Notes: generated from the letters alone by a model not told the origin. A stretch of 64,000 nt of DNA from Candidatus Krumholzibacteriia bacterium (GCA_963836185.1 CAWIIQ010000001.1:992001-1056000), one strand, 5' to 3'; shown: positions 40,413-51,718, counted from the stretch's first letter. A program made the numbers and translations.

Positions 40413-41963
40413 TTGAAAGCCAAGAAGATAATCTGGGTAGATGACGAGATAGACCTTCTGCGCTCGCACATGATCTTCCTCGAGGGGAAGGGTTACGAGA
40501 TGAAGGGCGTATCGAGCGGCGAAGAGGCGGTCAGGGTCCTGTCCGCCGAGCCATTCGACCTCGTGCTGCTCGATGAGACTATGCCAGGCAAGACCGGTCT
40601 TGAGACGTTGCAGGAGATCAAGGAGATATCCGCGAACATCCCCGTCATCATGATCACGAAGAACGAGGCTGAGGGCCTGATGAACCAGGCCATCGGCATG
40701 AAGATAGACGATTACCTGCTCAAGCCGATCAATCCTCTGCAGATATTCTCGGCGGTCAAAAGGGTGCTTGAGGCGCACAGCATCCAGGAGGGAGCGGCCT
40801 CGAAGGACTACCTCCAGGTCTTCAGAAGGATAGACGACCAGGTCTCGCAGCGCCCGGACTGGAAGCAGTGGGCCCAGATACAACAGGAGTTGTGTCAGTG
40901 GGACCTCGAATTCGACCGTTTCGGCGGAACCGGCATGGACCAGATACACAACGACATGAAGAAGAAATGCAATGTCGAATTCGCCCACTTTATCGAGGAT
41001 AACTATTCCTCATGGCTTCACGGCGGCGATGGGCCGACGCTGAGTGTCGATGTGTTCAAGAAATATGTCTTTCCGCATCTCAACGCGAAAAAGAAGGTCT
41101 ACTTCTTTGTGATAGACTGCATGAGATACGATCAGTGGCTCACTATTGAGGATATCATAGCTCCCTTCTTCAACATCACAAGGGATGTGTACTACTCGAT
41201 ACTTCCTACGGCGACCCCTTACTCGCGCAACTCGATCTTCTCGGGGCTTTATCCCGCTGATATCCAGAAGCGCCATCCCGAACTCTGGCTGGAACGCTCG
41301 AAGGACGAGTTCAGCAAGAACAGGTATGAGGACAGGCTGATGGAAGAGCAGGTGAAGCGCGCGAGAATGAGCCACCTGAAGACTAAGTACGCGAAGATCT
41401 ACAACGCTGAAGAAGCAAACGATATACACAGACAGGTCGACTCGTACGGTGATCTCGACCTCGTCGCCATGGTCTTCAATTTCCTCGATATTCTCGCTCA
41501 CGGCAGGAGCCAGAGTGACATCCTCCAGGAGATAGCCCCAGACGAGGGCGCGTTCAGGTCGCTGATGAGATCGTGGTTCAGCCATTCGGCCCTGCTGGAG
41601 ATCCTCCGGAAGATATCGAGGCTCGGCGCCACCGTCGTCATAACAACCGATCACGGTGCGGTCCTGGGACAGAAAGCGAGCCTCGTGCACGGAAACAGGG
41701 AGACATCGACAAACCTGAGGTACAAGTTCGGCGAGAACATAAACGGGGATCCGAAGCAGACCCTTCTCATAAGGAATCCGTCGGACTTCAGGCTGCCCTC
41801 CGAGAGCCCGTCGAAGAACTATATACTCGCGCGCGAGAACTATTACTTCGTCTATCCGACCCGGTTTCACGAGTATGAGAAGCAGTATCAGGACACCTTC
41901 CAGCACGGCGGCATCTCGCTCGAGGAGATGATAATCCCGTGCATGACGCTGACCCCGCGATAA
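40413..41963 (+). CDS. porX: PorX-like response regulator (REC + PglZ/alkaline phosphatase domain)
   Basis: WVDDEID, LLDE.MPG, IDCMRYDQW, ILPTATPYSRN.IF, TTDHG, FQHGGISLEEM. Directly upstream of tsaE. Confidence 0.88.
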   Translation: MKAKKIIWVDDEIDLLRSHMIFLEGKGYEMKGVSSGEEAVRVLSAEPFDLVLLDETMPGKTGLETLQEIKEISANIPVIMITKNEAEGLMNQAIGMKIDDYLLKPINPLQIFSAVKRVLEAHSIQEGAASKDYLQVFRRIDDQVSQRPDWKQWAQIQQELCQWDLEFDRFGGTGMDQIHNDMKKKCNVEFAHFIEDNYSSWLHGGDGPTLSVDVFKKYVFPHLNAKKKVYFFVIDCMRYDQWLTIEDIIAPFFNITRDVYYSILPTATPYSRNSIFSGLYPADIQKRHPELWLERSKDEFSKNRYEDRLMEEQVKRARMSHLKTKYAKIYNAEEANDIHRQVDSYGDLDLVAMVFNFLDILAHGRSQSDILQEIAPDEGAFRSLMRSWFSHSALLEILRKISRLGATVVITTDHGAVLGQKASLVHGNRETSTNLRYKFGENINGDPKQTLLIRNPSDFRLPSESPSKNYILARENYYFVYPTRFHEYEKQYQDTFQHGGISLEEMIIPCMTLTPR

Positions 41964-42018
41964 CACGTGATGTTATTGCTGGCGGCGTTTCCGCCAGTCG
42001 GGTAAAATCCATAACGAT

Positions 42019-42528
42019 ATGAACAGCAGGATAACAAGGCTTGGAAAAGCTGCCGGGCCGGTGCGTGTCGCAACGGCCGGGACCGGATCGCCGGATGAGA
42101 CACTGGCGCTGGGCCGGCGTATCGGTGAGATACTTCCCTTCGGTACGACCATGTCCCTCGAGGGCGGCCTCGGAGCGGGAAAGACCGCACTGGTCAAGGG
42201 GATAGCTATCGGACTCGGCATCGAGGCTGAGGTCCTCAGCCCGACCTTCATCCTTGTGGAGGAGTATCGGGGAGGCGAAGCCCCGCTCCTTCACTACGAC
42301 CTCTACCGGCTCGAGGAACTAGGCGAAGTAGAGAGGATAGGGATGTTCGACGCCGTTGACGGCAGGAACATCGTAGTGGTCGAATGGGGAGACAGGCTCC
42401 CGGAAGGAACGATGGAATTCGACGTGACTGTTTCGATCAGGATAACGGGGGATGACAGGAGGGATATCGAGATCACGGCGCCATCGGCTGTCATCGATGC
42501 CCTCAAGGGATGGGAGGAAGGAGCATGA
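42019..42528 (+). CDS. tsaE: tRNA threonylcarbamoyladenosine biosynthesis ATPase
   Basis: LEGGLGAGKT, SPTF, H.DLYRL, VEWG. Confidence 0.92.
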   Translation: MNSRITRLGKAAGPVRVATAGTGSPDETLALGRRIGEILPFGTTMSLEGGLGAGKTALVKGIAIGLGIEAEVLSPTFILVEEYRGGEAPLLHYDLYRLEELGEVERIGMFDAVDGRNIVVVEWGDRLPEGTMEFDVTVSIRITGDDRRDIEITAPSAVIDALKGWEEGA

Positions 42529-43250
42529 AGCCTCTGGTGCTCGCTCTCGACGCCTCGCATATGACGGGGAGCGTCGCTGTCACGAGAGGAAGCGATCCGC
42601 TCCACGAGATAATATTCGATGCCAGCGACACTCATTCGGCCACCCTGATGCCCGCGGTAGACAGATGTCTAGCCGCGGCGGGGGCGGCGATAAGGGATAT
42701 CGACCTCTTCGTTACCGTGATAGGTCCCGGATCGTTCACGGGGCTGAGGATCGGCCTCGCCACTGTGAAGGGATTTGCCGCGGTTGCCGGGCGTCCGGTG
42801 GCAGCGGTCGGATCGCTCGAACTTATCGCGGCTGCCGCCGGGGCCGGCAGCGCGTTCGCCGTACCGCTGATAGACGCTCGCAGGGGAGAGGTGTACGCGG
42901 CGATGTACGATATATCAGGCGATCTGCCGGTCGAGGTCCATCCTCCTTTCGCGTCGGTTCCAGGTTCTCTCGCCTCGCGTGTCACCGGGGCCGGGTCCAC
43001 CGGCAGCCTCCTTGTATGCGGTTCGGGATTGAACAGCTATCGTGATGAGCTCGAGGCTTCATTTCCGGCGGGAACCCTTTTCGGCGCTCCGGACTGGTCT
43101 TCGCCGTCGGCAGGTCAGGCGGCCACGCTGGCCCTTGAGCGTGAAGCGGTTCCTTACGAACGGCTTTCAGCACTCGAGCCTCTCTACGTCCGGCCACCGG
43201 ACGCGAAACTGCCTTCCTCAGCCAGGCTCCGGCCCGGGGGCGGCCGATGA
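42525..43250 (+). CDS. tsaB: tRNA threonylcarbamoyladenosine biosynthesis protein
   Basis: LALD, HS..LMP, GPGSFTGLRIG, DARRGEVY, PLYVR. Confidence 0.92.
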   Translation: MKPLVLALDASHMTGSVAVTRGSDPLHEIIFDASDTHSATLMPAVDRCLAAAGAAIRDIDLFVTVIGPGSFTGLRIGLATVKGFAAVAGRPVAAVGSLELIAAAAGAGSAFAVPLIDARRGEVYAAMYDISGDLPVEVHPPFASVPGSLASRVTGAGSTGSLLVCGSGLNSYRDELEASFPAGTLFGAPDWSSPSAGQAATLALEREAVPYERLSALEPLYVRPPDAKLPSSARLRPGGGR

Positions 43251-43726
43251 AGAGCGCGGACCTGACGATCAGGGAAATGACCGCGGCCGACATCCCTCCA
43301 CTCCTCGAGATCGAACGCGTATCATTCCCCGTGCCGTGGAGTGCGGGGATGTTCATGATACAGCTCGGCCTGGCCGAAGAGACGGAGAACCTCGTCATAC
43401 TCAGAGGTGAAAGGATAATCGGGTATATTTCCTCATGGTACGGCTACGAGGAGGTGCATATCCTCAGCATCGCGGTAGCAAGCGACCAGAGGGGGAGCCC
43501 CGCGGCGCAGATGCTTCTCGCCGCGGCCGAGGATATGGGGATAAAGAATGGATGCCGCAAGGCGGTCCTTGAGGTGAGGGTAAGCAATGGCCGCGCTATC
43601 AGGTTCTATGAGAAACACGGATTCATTCAGGTCGGCAGGAGGAAGGGCTACTACTCAGACTCGGGCGAGGATGCCCTGATCTTCGACAAGGATATCGGCG
43701 AAGGGATCGATCGGGGGAGCGATTGA
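43247..43726 (+). CDS. rimI: ribosomal protein S18 alanine N-acetyltransferase
   Basis: IE..SF..PWS, LEVRVSN..A..FY...GF, RKGYY...EDA. Follows tsaB. Confidence 0.9.
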   Translation: MKSADLTIREMTAADIPPLLEIERVSFPVPWSAGMFMIQLGLAEETENLVILRGERIIGYISSWYGYEEVHILSIAVASDQRGSPAAQMLLAAAEDMGIKNGCRKAVLEVRVSNGRAIRFYEKHGFIQVGRRKGYYSDSGEDALIFDKDIGEGIDRGSD

Positions 43727-44517
43727 CACAGGGGAAAGCCAGCGACGTCATCCAGGTTCCCGCGGAGATGAAAGGGGCCGCCGAAACCGCCGTTGTGATC
43801 GGCTCGGGCCTGTCACCGGAAAGATGGCCGGGGAAGGTCCTCGCGGAAGCGGAATACTCAGGGATAGAGGGTATGGCTGTTCCGGAAGTCGAGGGACATC
43901 CCGGTGACCTGATCCTTCTCGAAACCGGGAGGGGCAAATCGGCGGGAGGCAGGCTGATCGTCTTTGCCGGCAGGGTGCATCTCTACGAGGGAAAGGGCTG
44001 GGACGGCGCCGGCGCCGCCGCGGTCGCCGCCTCGGCGCTGGGATGCCGGAGGATGATCCTGACCCAGGCGGCGGGGAGCCTCAAACGCTCGCTGCATCCC
44101 GGATCCTGGATGCTGCCGTCGGAAGTCATCGCTCTTCCGTGGAATACCCGCACTCAGCGATCACAGGCAGAACCCGTCATATCGCCCAGCCTGCGCGCGA
44201 AAGTAGCCTCGGTGGCCGCCGAAGCAGGCCTGGTACTTGCTGAAGGTATCCTTTACTGGACAGCCGGACCTGCCTACGAGACGCCGGCGGAAGCGCAGGC
44301 GGCCGTACTGATGGGAGCGGACGCGGCTACGATGTCACCACTTCCAGAACTCGCCGCGGCGGCCGGAAAGGGGCTGGAGGCGGTGTGCCTGTCATATCTG
44401 ACGAATTTCGCGCCCAATGTATCGAATGGACCTGCTGGTCATATGGAGGTTCTGGAGGCCGGCAAGAAAGGGGCCGAATGCCTCTCCCGCCTCCTTCCGT
44501 ATCTGGCAAAACTATGA
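43723..44517 (+). CDS. purine-nucleoside phosphorylase (divergent)
   Basis: GSGL, V.GH.G, GRVHLYEG, GP.YET.AE, GADA..MS..PE, TN. Confidence 0.8.
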   Translation: MTQGKASDVIQVPAEMKGAAETAVVIGSGLSPERWPGKVLAEAEYSGIEGMAVPEVEGHPGDLILLETGRGKSAGGRLIVFAGRVHLYEGKGWDGAGAAAVAASALGCRRMILTQAAGSLKRSLHPGSWMLPSEVIALPWNTRTQRSQAEPVISPSLRAKVASVAAEAGLVLAEGILYWTAGPAYETPAEAQAAVLMGADAATMSPLPELAAAAGKGLEAVCLSYLTNFAPNVSNGPAGHMEVLEAGKKGAECLSRLLPYLAKL

Positions 44518-44613
44518 AAAAAAGGCTTTTTAACGCTCCCTGCAGGGTGTTAAATTAGGTGAACAAAGGATTTTCCCGCTTGTAGGACTTTTCCACAACG
44601 GGGAGGAACAGAT

Positions 44614-45519
44614 ATGAACTGGTTGAAAAAGGCAAAACAGGGGATCAAGACCTGGCGGAAGACGGACGTTCCTGACGGGCTCTGGGAGAAATGTCCCTCG
44701 TGCGGCGAGATCCTGTACAGGAAAGAACTGCTCAAGCAGCGTTCGGTCTGTCCGAAGTGCGAGTATCACTTCCGTATAAATGCCTCGGCGTATATAGATA
44801 TACTGGTCGATGAGGGTTCATTCGTGGAGACCGAGGCCGCTCTGTCATCGAGAGATCCTCTTCACTTCAAGGACAGCAGGAAGTACAGCGATCGCCTGAA
44901 GAGCGCTACGAAGAAGACGGGACGCAATTCAGCGATCATCACCGGCACGGCCGTCATCGAGGGCCAGCCGTCAGCGCTGGCAGTACTGGACTTCAGCTTC
45001 CTGGGCGGAAGCATGGGGTCGGTCGTCGGCGAGAAGATAAAGAGGATAGCGGATGTCGCCATCGAGAACCGGTTCCCGCTGGTAATACTCTCCGCATCGG
45101 GCGGGGCGCGCATGCAGGAGTCTATCCTGTCGCTGATGCAGATGGCCAAGACATCGGCAGCCGTCGCTGCTGTTTCGAGGGCGAGGCTCCCTTATATCTC
45201 GATACTTACCAATCCGACCACGGGCGGCGTGGCGGCTTCGTTCGCATTTCAGGGCGATGTGATCATTGCGGAGCCGAAGGCTCTTGTCGGTTTCGCCGGT
45301 CCGAGAGTGATCCGCGAAACAGTCGGCGAGGAGCTTCCCGAGGGATTCCAGCGCTCCGAGTTTCTGCTCGAGCACGGAATGATCGACATGATCAAAAACC
45401 GCCGCGAGCTCAAGAAAGCCCTCGGTTTCGTTCTCGACTCGCTCACGGGCTCCGGGCTGGCAGGCGCGGAGGCGGAGCAGAGGGAGAATGGCCAGAACAA
45501 GATCACGCTCATCAGGTAG
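44614..45519 (+). CDS. accD: acetyl-CoA carboxylase carboxyltransferase beta subunit
   Basis: GLW.KCPSC...CPKC zinc finger, GGSMGSVVGEK, SGGARMQE, PTTGGV.ASFA, FAGPRVI. Confidence 0.96.
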   Translation: MNWLKKAKQGIKTWRKTDVPDGLWEKCPSCGEILYRKELLKQRSVCPKCEYHFRINASAYIDILVDEGSFVETEAALSSRDPLHFKDSRKYSDRLKSATKKTGRNSAIITGTAVIEGQPSALAVLDFSFLGGSMGSVVGEKIKRIADVAIENRFPLVILSASGGARMQESILSLMQMAKTSAAVAAVSRARLPYISILTNPTTGGVAASFAFQGDVIIAEPKALVGFAGPRVIRETVGEELPEGFQRSEFLLEHGMIDMIKNRRELKKALGFVLDSLTGSGLAGAEAEQRENGQNKITLIR

Positions 45520-46798
45520 AGGGATATCCTTTCCCTCGATAGATTTTCTCTTCTCATTGAGACCGACGAAGATGCGGCTCGGCCTGGAGAACATCACGGC
45601 CCTGCTCCGTTCGCGTGGAGACCCTCAGGCGGGTGTCCCTTCGATACTTATCGCAGGGACGAACGGGAAGGGGTCGGTGACCACGTTCGTGTCATCGATA
45701 CTGCGTGCGGCGGGCCTGAAGACAGGCACCTTCTATTCGCCGCATCTGTTCAGGATAAACGAGAGGATCAGGGTCGATGGCGATGAGATCCCCAGTCCCG
45801 AGCTTGACAGGATAATCGGAGAACTCAGGGAAGGGTACGGCGACACGCCGTTCACATTCTTTGAGGGGATCACGGCAGCAGCTGCGATATGGTTCCGCGA
45901 GCGCGGAGTCGACGCGGCGGTCTACGAGGTCGGCCTCGGGGGGAGGCTTGACGCTACCCGGCTCGTCGACGCGAGAGTCACTGTGGTGACCGGGATCGCG
46001 ATCGATCACAGTGAACACCTCGGAGGAACGAGGGCCAGGATACTCGATGAGAAGCTCGGGATCACAAGGCCGGGAGCCCCTCTGGTCGCCAGCCTTTCGA
46101 CGAAAGCGCTGGCGAGCCGGGCGGCCCGTCACTGTGAGGTAATGGGGATCCCGTTCTGTCCAGTATCGAGTGAAGTGGAGCGGTCGGCGGTGAAAATATC
46201 CTCCGGCGGGATGACTTTCTCGCTCGCTACCCCGGTGCGCGATTACGGAACAGTGCGCACCGGGATGATCGGCAGGCACCAGGCCGGCAATGCGGCAACG
46301 GCTGTCAGGGCTGTGGAGGCCTTCCTTCCAGGGCGCCGGCCGGGCAGGGAGGTCGTAAGGAAAGGACTGGCCAGCGCGTCGTTCCCTGGAAGATTTCAGG
46401 TATTAAAGGGGGAACCCCGCGTGATCCTCGACGTATCACATAATGAAGAGGCGCTCTGCGCCTCGATCGATACGCTCCTCCAGCTCTCTCCCCCTGAAAG
46501 GAACGTCATAGTGTTTGGCGTTATGGCCAGGAAACAGCTCGGCAGGTTTCCAGCGAAGGCCATGCGCGGCGCGCGTGAGATCATACTCGTGCCGCTGAAG
46601 GATAAAGGCGCGGCCGGCAGAGATGAGCTCTTCTCGAGATTTTCCGGCGCGGCCGCGGGTTCTGTTCACGCCGCGATAAGGTCGACGGGCGGTATGGCCG
46701 GGGCTATAAAACTCGCGGGCAGGCTGACCGGGCCGGATGATACATTGCTGATACTCGGATCGCATATCGCGGTCGAAGAAGCCATCGCGCGCATGTAG
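45488..46798 (+). CDS. folC: folylpolyglutamate synthase/dihydrofolate synthase
   Basis: AGTNGKGS, SPHL, TFFE, EVGLGGRLDAT, DH...LG, PGRF, LDVSHN. Follows accD. Confidence 0.92.
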   Translation: MARTRSRSSGRGISFPSIDFLFSLRPTKMRLGLENITALLRSRGDPQAGVPSILIAGTNGKGSVTTFVSSILRAAGLKTGTFYSPHLFRINERIRVDGDEIPSPELDRIIGELREGYGDTPFTFFEGITAAAAIWFRERGVDAAVYEVGLGGRLDATRLVDARVTVVTGIAIDHSEHLGGTRARILDEKLGITRPGAPLVASLSTKALASRAARHCEVMGIPFCPVSSEVERSAVKISSGGMTFSLATPVRDYGTVRTGMIGRHQAGNAATAVRAVEAFLPGRRPGREVVRKGLASASFPGRFQVLKGEPRVILDVSHNEEALCASIDTLLQLSPPERNVIVFGVMARKQLGRFPAKAMRGAREIILVPLKDKGAAGRDELFSRFSGAAAGSVHAAIRSTGGMAGAIKLAGRLTGPDDTLLILGSHIAVEEAIARM

Positions 46799-46824
46799 GC
46801 GATGCGTCTGTGAAAGGAAAAAGG

Positions 46825-47757
46825 ATGAAGAAGATACTCGGTGTCGATATCGGCGGTACGGACATCAAGCTCGGCATAGTGACGGAAGAGGGCGAGATAG
46901 TCGAGAGAGGGAAGATCTCCACGATGGCCGGTGAGGGTGCGCAGCAGGCGGCGGCAAGGGTCGGGGGCTGGCTGCTGGAAAATGGCCGGGAGCACCGGGT
47001 GACGGCTGCGGGCATTGACTGTGCGGGACTTATAGACGGCAGGAAGGGATACCTGTACTATTCCCCGAACCTGCCCGGCTGGACCGATATAGATCTGAGC
47101 GGGCTTTACGCGGATCAGCTCGCCCTGCCTGTGACGGTAGACAACGATGTCAACTGCGCCGCGTGGGGTGAATTCATCCTGGGAGCGGGCAGGGGAACGC
47201 GGCATTTCGTCTGCCTGACCCTGGGAACGGGGATCGGCGGCGGGGTGATCGCGGATGGGCGTCTCTATCGCGGATGGCAGGGTATGGCCGGTGAGGTCGG
47301 CCATCAGGTGATCGATCCGTCGGGGCCGGAGTGTGTCTGTGGCTCGAGGGGGTGCCTCGAGGCGATGGCAAACGCTTCGTCCATAGTGTCGAGGGTCCGG
47401 CTGGCGATAAGAGCCGGAGCGGGGTCGGCGCTGGAGGACAGAGATGATCTTACATCTGAAGATGTCGCCGCAGCCGCTGCTGGTGGAGACAAGGTGGCGA
47501 TAACCGCCCTCGCCGATACTGGTCGCGCACTGGGAACAGGGCTGGCGAATATAGTGCACCTCTTCAACCCCGAGGTGATAGCCGTCGGAGGCGGAGTGGC
47601 AGGCGCCGGTGAGATGATCCTCGGGCCGGCAAGGGAATCGATGCTCGGGCAGCTGATGGATGACATCCTTGCCTCGGTGAGGATCGTTCCGGCCGAACTC
47701 GGGAATATGGCTTCGCTGGTCGGGGCCTCGATGATGGCGCTCGAGACAGTGGACTGA
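46825..47757 (+). CDS. ROK family sugar kinase (glucokinase-like)
   Basis: GVDIGGT, NDVNCAA.GE, LGTGIGGG, GEVGH, CVCGSRGCLE. Confidence 0.9.
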   Translation: MKKILGVDIGGTDIKLGIVTEEGEIVERGKISTMAGEGAQQAAARVGGWLLENGREHRVTAAGIDCAGLIDGRKGYLYYSPNLPGWTDIDLSGLYADQLALPVTVDNDVNCAAWGEFILGAGRGTRHFVCLTLGTGIGGGVIADGRLYRGWQGMAGEVGHQVIDPSGPECVCGSRGCLEAMANASSIVSRVRLAIRAGAGSALEDRDDLTSEDVAAAAAGGDKVAITALADTGRALGTGLANIVHLFNPEVIAVGGGVAGAGEMILGPARESMLGQLMDDILASVRIVPAELGNMASLVGASMMALETVD

Positions 47758-47781
47758 GAAACGCCTGCAGGAAAGGATCGA

Positions 47782-50700
47782 TTGAAAAGGGTCCTCGCAA
47801 TAACGGCGGCGGCAGCCGCGATATTCACCCTTGCCCTGGCCGGAGGCACACCGCCCCCGGCCCTCGCGCAGCAGACCATCACCTCTCCCGGGGATACATC
47901 TCTCTACCGGATCAGGTTCAACACATTCAGGTCGAGGATAGAGGACGGGCTTCAGGTCTGGCATATGGAAGGCGATGTCCGGATCGACCACCAGAACGCT
48001 ACGGTGACGAGCGAACGGGGGCGCCACTATCCCGAATTGAAGCATACGATTCTCGAGGGCGACGTGCGCGGGGTCGATGGATCGATGCGGATGTTCAGCG
48101 ATCTCGGCGAGTATTTCGGCGAGACGAATATCCTGATAATGATAGACAATGTGCGGCTGATCGACGAGGGGCTCGAGGTGACATGCCGAAGGGCCGAATA
48201 CGACAGGGAAGAGGGAACATTGATTCTCACCGGCAATGTGCGGCTCTCCGACAGCACGAGAGTCATGTATGCCGACTCGATCTTCTACGATCGTCAGATA
48301 GAGACAGCCGATGCGTGGCGGGACGTAGTCATAATAGATACGTCGGAGGATTTCTCAGTATCCGGAGCACACGGCCGGTTTTATCGCACCACGGGTGAAG
48401 CGATCATGTACGAGCACCCCGTCCTCGTCTTCGACGACCATGCCGAAGAGGAAGGACGCGTTACGAGCGAGTGGATGAGCTATGACATGGAGAAGGATGC
48501 CGGTGTCGCCGTCGGAGATGTCAACATGCTCAAGGGGCGCACCAGAGCGACGTGCGATTCGGCCTCGATCTTCAACGATGAAGGATTCATGGAACTGTTC
48601 GGTAACCCGGTCGCGAGAAGCGGCCCGTCGGGGATGACCGGTGAACGGGTGATGCTGTATTACAACGATCAGGGCGTGGAGAAGATCATTCTCCCCGAGA
48701 AGGGCCGCCTGACGGAAGCGCCGAAACCGGAATCCCCGTGGACCGGGGATTCGTGGATCGAGGGTGACTCGATCGTGATCCACATGTCGAACGATGCCGT
48801 GGATTCGGTCCAGATATTCGGTAACGCCAGGGCGATGTATTATCCATATGAGGGTGACGAGAACAAGGTCTCTAACAACTTCTCGCGTGGCGACACGATG
48901 TTCTTCAGGTTCGATGGTCCGGACCTGAGATATGTGAAGATATCCGGTGCCGCCTCGGGTACGTACAACTATCTCAACCTGGGACCTGGAGAGTCGATCG
49001 ATTCACTCGCGGCGCTCGTCGACAGCTCGATAGTGTTCAGGGAATTCGGACGGGACGCCGAGAAGATCATATATGAGGCGAGCGAGATCGAGTATTTCGC
49101 TACGACCGAGGATATCGTCATGCACGACGGCGCGAAGGTGAATTACCAGAACAAGTCCCTTACCGCCGGATATCATAAACTTCAGCTCAAGGCTGAATAT
49201 CCTCGACGCGCACGGTGAGCCGGCGCTCGATGAGAGCGGGCAGATGATGTACGGGTACGGGATGGGATACGATATGGAGACCGAGGGCGGTCTCGTGATG
49301 GACGGATCGACAAAATACGACGACGGGTATTATCTCGGCAAGAGGATCTTCAAGCAGGGCGAAGATGTGCTCAAGGTCTACAGTTCGACATACACAACAT
49401 GCGACTACAGGAAGTCACACTACTCGATGCGGGCCGGCAGGATGAAGGTCTATCTCGACGACAAGATCGTATCGGGCCCGATAACGCTCTACATAGGCGA
49501 GATCCCCTGCTTCTGGCTGCCGTACATGGTCAACTCGATACGACGGGGCCGCCAGTCGGGATTCCTCCGCCCGAATTTCGATATCGGGATCAACAGCCGC
49601 GACGGGCGTTTCATCAGGGGGCTGGGATATTACTGGGCGACGAACGACTATACGGATTTTACGCTTACGACCGATTTCAACGAGAACAGCAACTTTCGCA
49701 TACATCTTACCAACAGGTACAAGCTGAGGTACGTGCTTGGAGGGAACGTCAATCTCGATTTCTTCAGGGACTTCAACAAGAAATCGTATGAGTGGACCTT
49801 CAAGTCGAGTCACAACCAGACCTTCGGCAAGACCGCTTCCCTTCGAAGCAACCTGAGCTTTGTCAGCAGCGACGAGGCGCCTTCCTCGGTATACCGCGCC
49901 GACGACGTCGCGCGCGTCGTGGACAGGCGGATATATTCGACGATCAGCTTCAACAAGAGCTGGGGCGGAACGAGGCTCGGGCTCTCGGCGAGCCGGAACC
50001 AGACACTGAACGTGAGCTCGGACAATCCGAACGTAGTGTATATATCGAGTACGCTCCCGTCTCTTTCCTTCAATCTGCCGAGGATGTCGCTGTGGTTCGG
50101 CGAGAAACATTCGGGATCGGAGAGGGGGCTCTGGGAGGGGATCCTTCGCGAGGTGACCTGGGCGCCCAACCTGAAGGCGACACGTACGACGTCGCAGAGC
50201 GACGCGAGAAGGACTGATGATCTGACGGCGAGCTCCAGTGCTTCTATCAGCAAGCAGAACAGGTTCCTCGGGCTCAATATCGCCCCGGCGATGGGAGTAA
50301 ACTGGAGCTACGCCAATACCTTGAAAGACGAGATCAACCTGAAGTACGTCATACCTCCCCAGGCGGCGGAGATGACCGGTGATACAGTCTCCGTTCCGAT
50401 AACCATCGATCCCTCGAACAACTTTCTCAGGATAATCCTCAATGGAACGGAGAGCGATGACATCCTCATCACCGAGGGTGTATATAACACCGGCGCTTCT
50501 CTCGCGATCGAGCTGGAGAACTCGATCAATTCCTGGGCGGGCTGGGGGTCCGACCAGGTGACCGTCGCATGGCTCGACGATGGCGGAAGTACGGGAAGTT
50601 TCAGGTTCACCTCGAACGTGACAGGCACGGGATCATCGATCGAATTCGTCGATATCCCGAACGCGGTCTACGCGGCGATCGGGATCACGGCTGGGGTGCC

Positions 50701-51718
50701 GGCGTACGGATCGGACCAGTCCGGGCCGACCCCGAACGAGAGGTACAAGAACGAGGTGTCGATGCGTTTTTCTCTCAGCGTGGGAACGACGCTTTACGGA
50801 GTCTTTTATCCGAATATCGGCTCGCTGGTCGGGATCCGGCATACATTCAATCCGTCTGTCTCGTGGTCGTACGTCCCCGCGCTGACATCGAACCAGAGAG
50901 CGACCCAGGGATACAGCTGGTCATTGAGGAATGTCATAGACCTGAAATATCTCAAGGACGGCCAGGAGGCGAAGAAGAACAATGCCTTCACATGGAACAT
51001 GAGCGGAACGTACAGCCCCGAGCTGCAGGAAAGGCAGTTCTCCAATATCAGGTCGAGCATCAGGACGTCGGTGGGCAGGCTGGCCTCAATATCACTGAAC
51101 AACACGATCGATCCATACGAGTGGGAGTTACTCTCATCGAGCTTCTCGGCGAACATGAGTTTCGGCAGCGGTTTTACATGGCCGGGAAAGTGGGACCTGC
51201 CGGAGCGTGAAAAGATCAGGGTCGCGAAGGAGTTGGGCTCGGCGCCGAAGGAAAGCGATGAAGACGAGGAAGAAGACGAGATAGACAGCTACGACGGTTT
51301 CGTTTCCGATTTCGACGACGAGGATAGCTGGTCCGACGAACCAGGAGGAGGCGGACGCCCGGGAGCTTCGGGCAGAGGAACAAGCTGGTCGCTCAATATC
51401 GGCTACAGCTACTCCGGTTTCGGAGGCAACAGCATGTCGAGCCCGACGAGCAAGGTCGACATGCGCGGCAGCTTCAATTTCACGCCGAACTGGAAACTGA
51501 CTTTCAGCAATTACTTCGATATCCAGCGGCGAGAGTTTACGTCTCAGCAGTACAGCCTCATGCGTGATCTTCACTGCTGGCAGGCGGGATTCGTGCACCG
51601 CAGGTTCGGCGACGATTACTCCTATTACTTCCAGATACAGATCAAGGCGCACGGCGATCTCAAGTACGAGCAGGGAAAGAGGGGGCTCGGCGGGACCGTG
51701 CCCGGGTTCCTTGACTGA
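47782..51718 (+). CDS. lptD: putative LPS-assembly protein LptD with extended OstA-like N-terminus (one apparent frameshift)
   Basis: Signal peptide, repeated beta-jellyroll segments, YTTCD..HY, SGFLRP, GLGYYWA, RDLHCW. Removing one G at about 49168 joins 47782..49218 and 49244..51718 into about 1311 aa. Confidence 0.75.

Noticed and set aside
46666-48045. 459-aa minus-strand ORF
   Set aside because: Antisense shadow of folC/ROK/lptD in GC-rich DNA, with no motifs.
49140-49244. Programmed frameshift in lptD
   Set aside because: No slippery sequence seen; same pattern as the other single-base insertions in the window.
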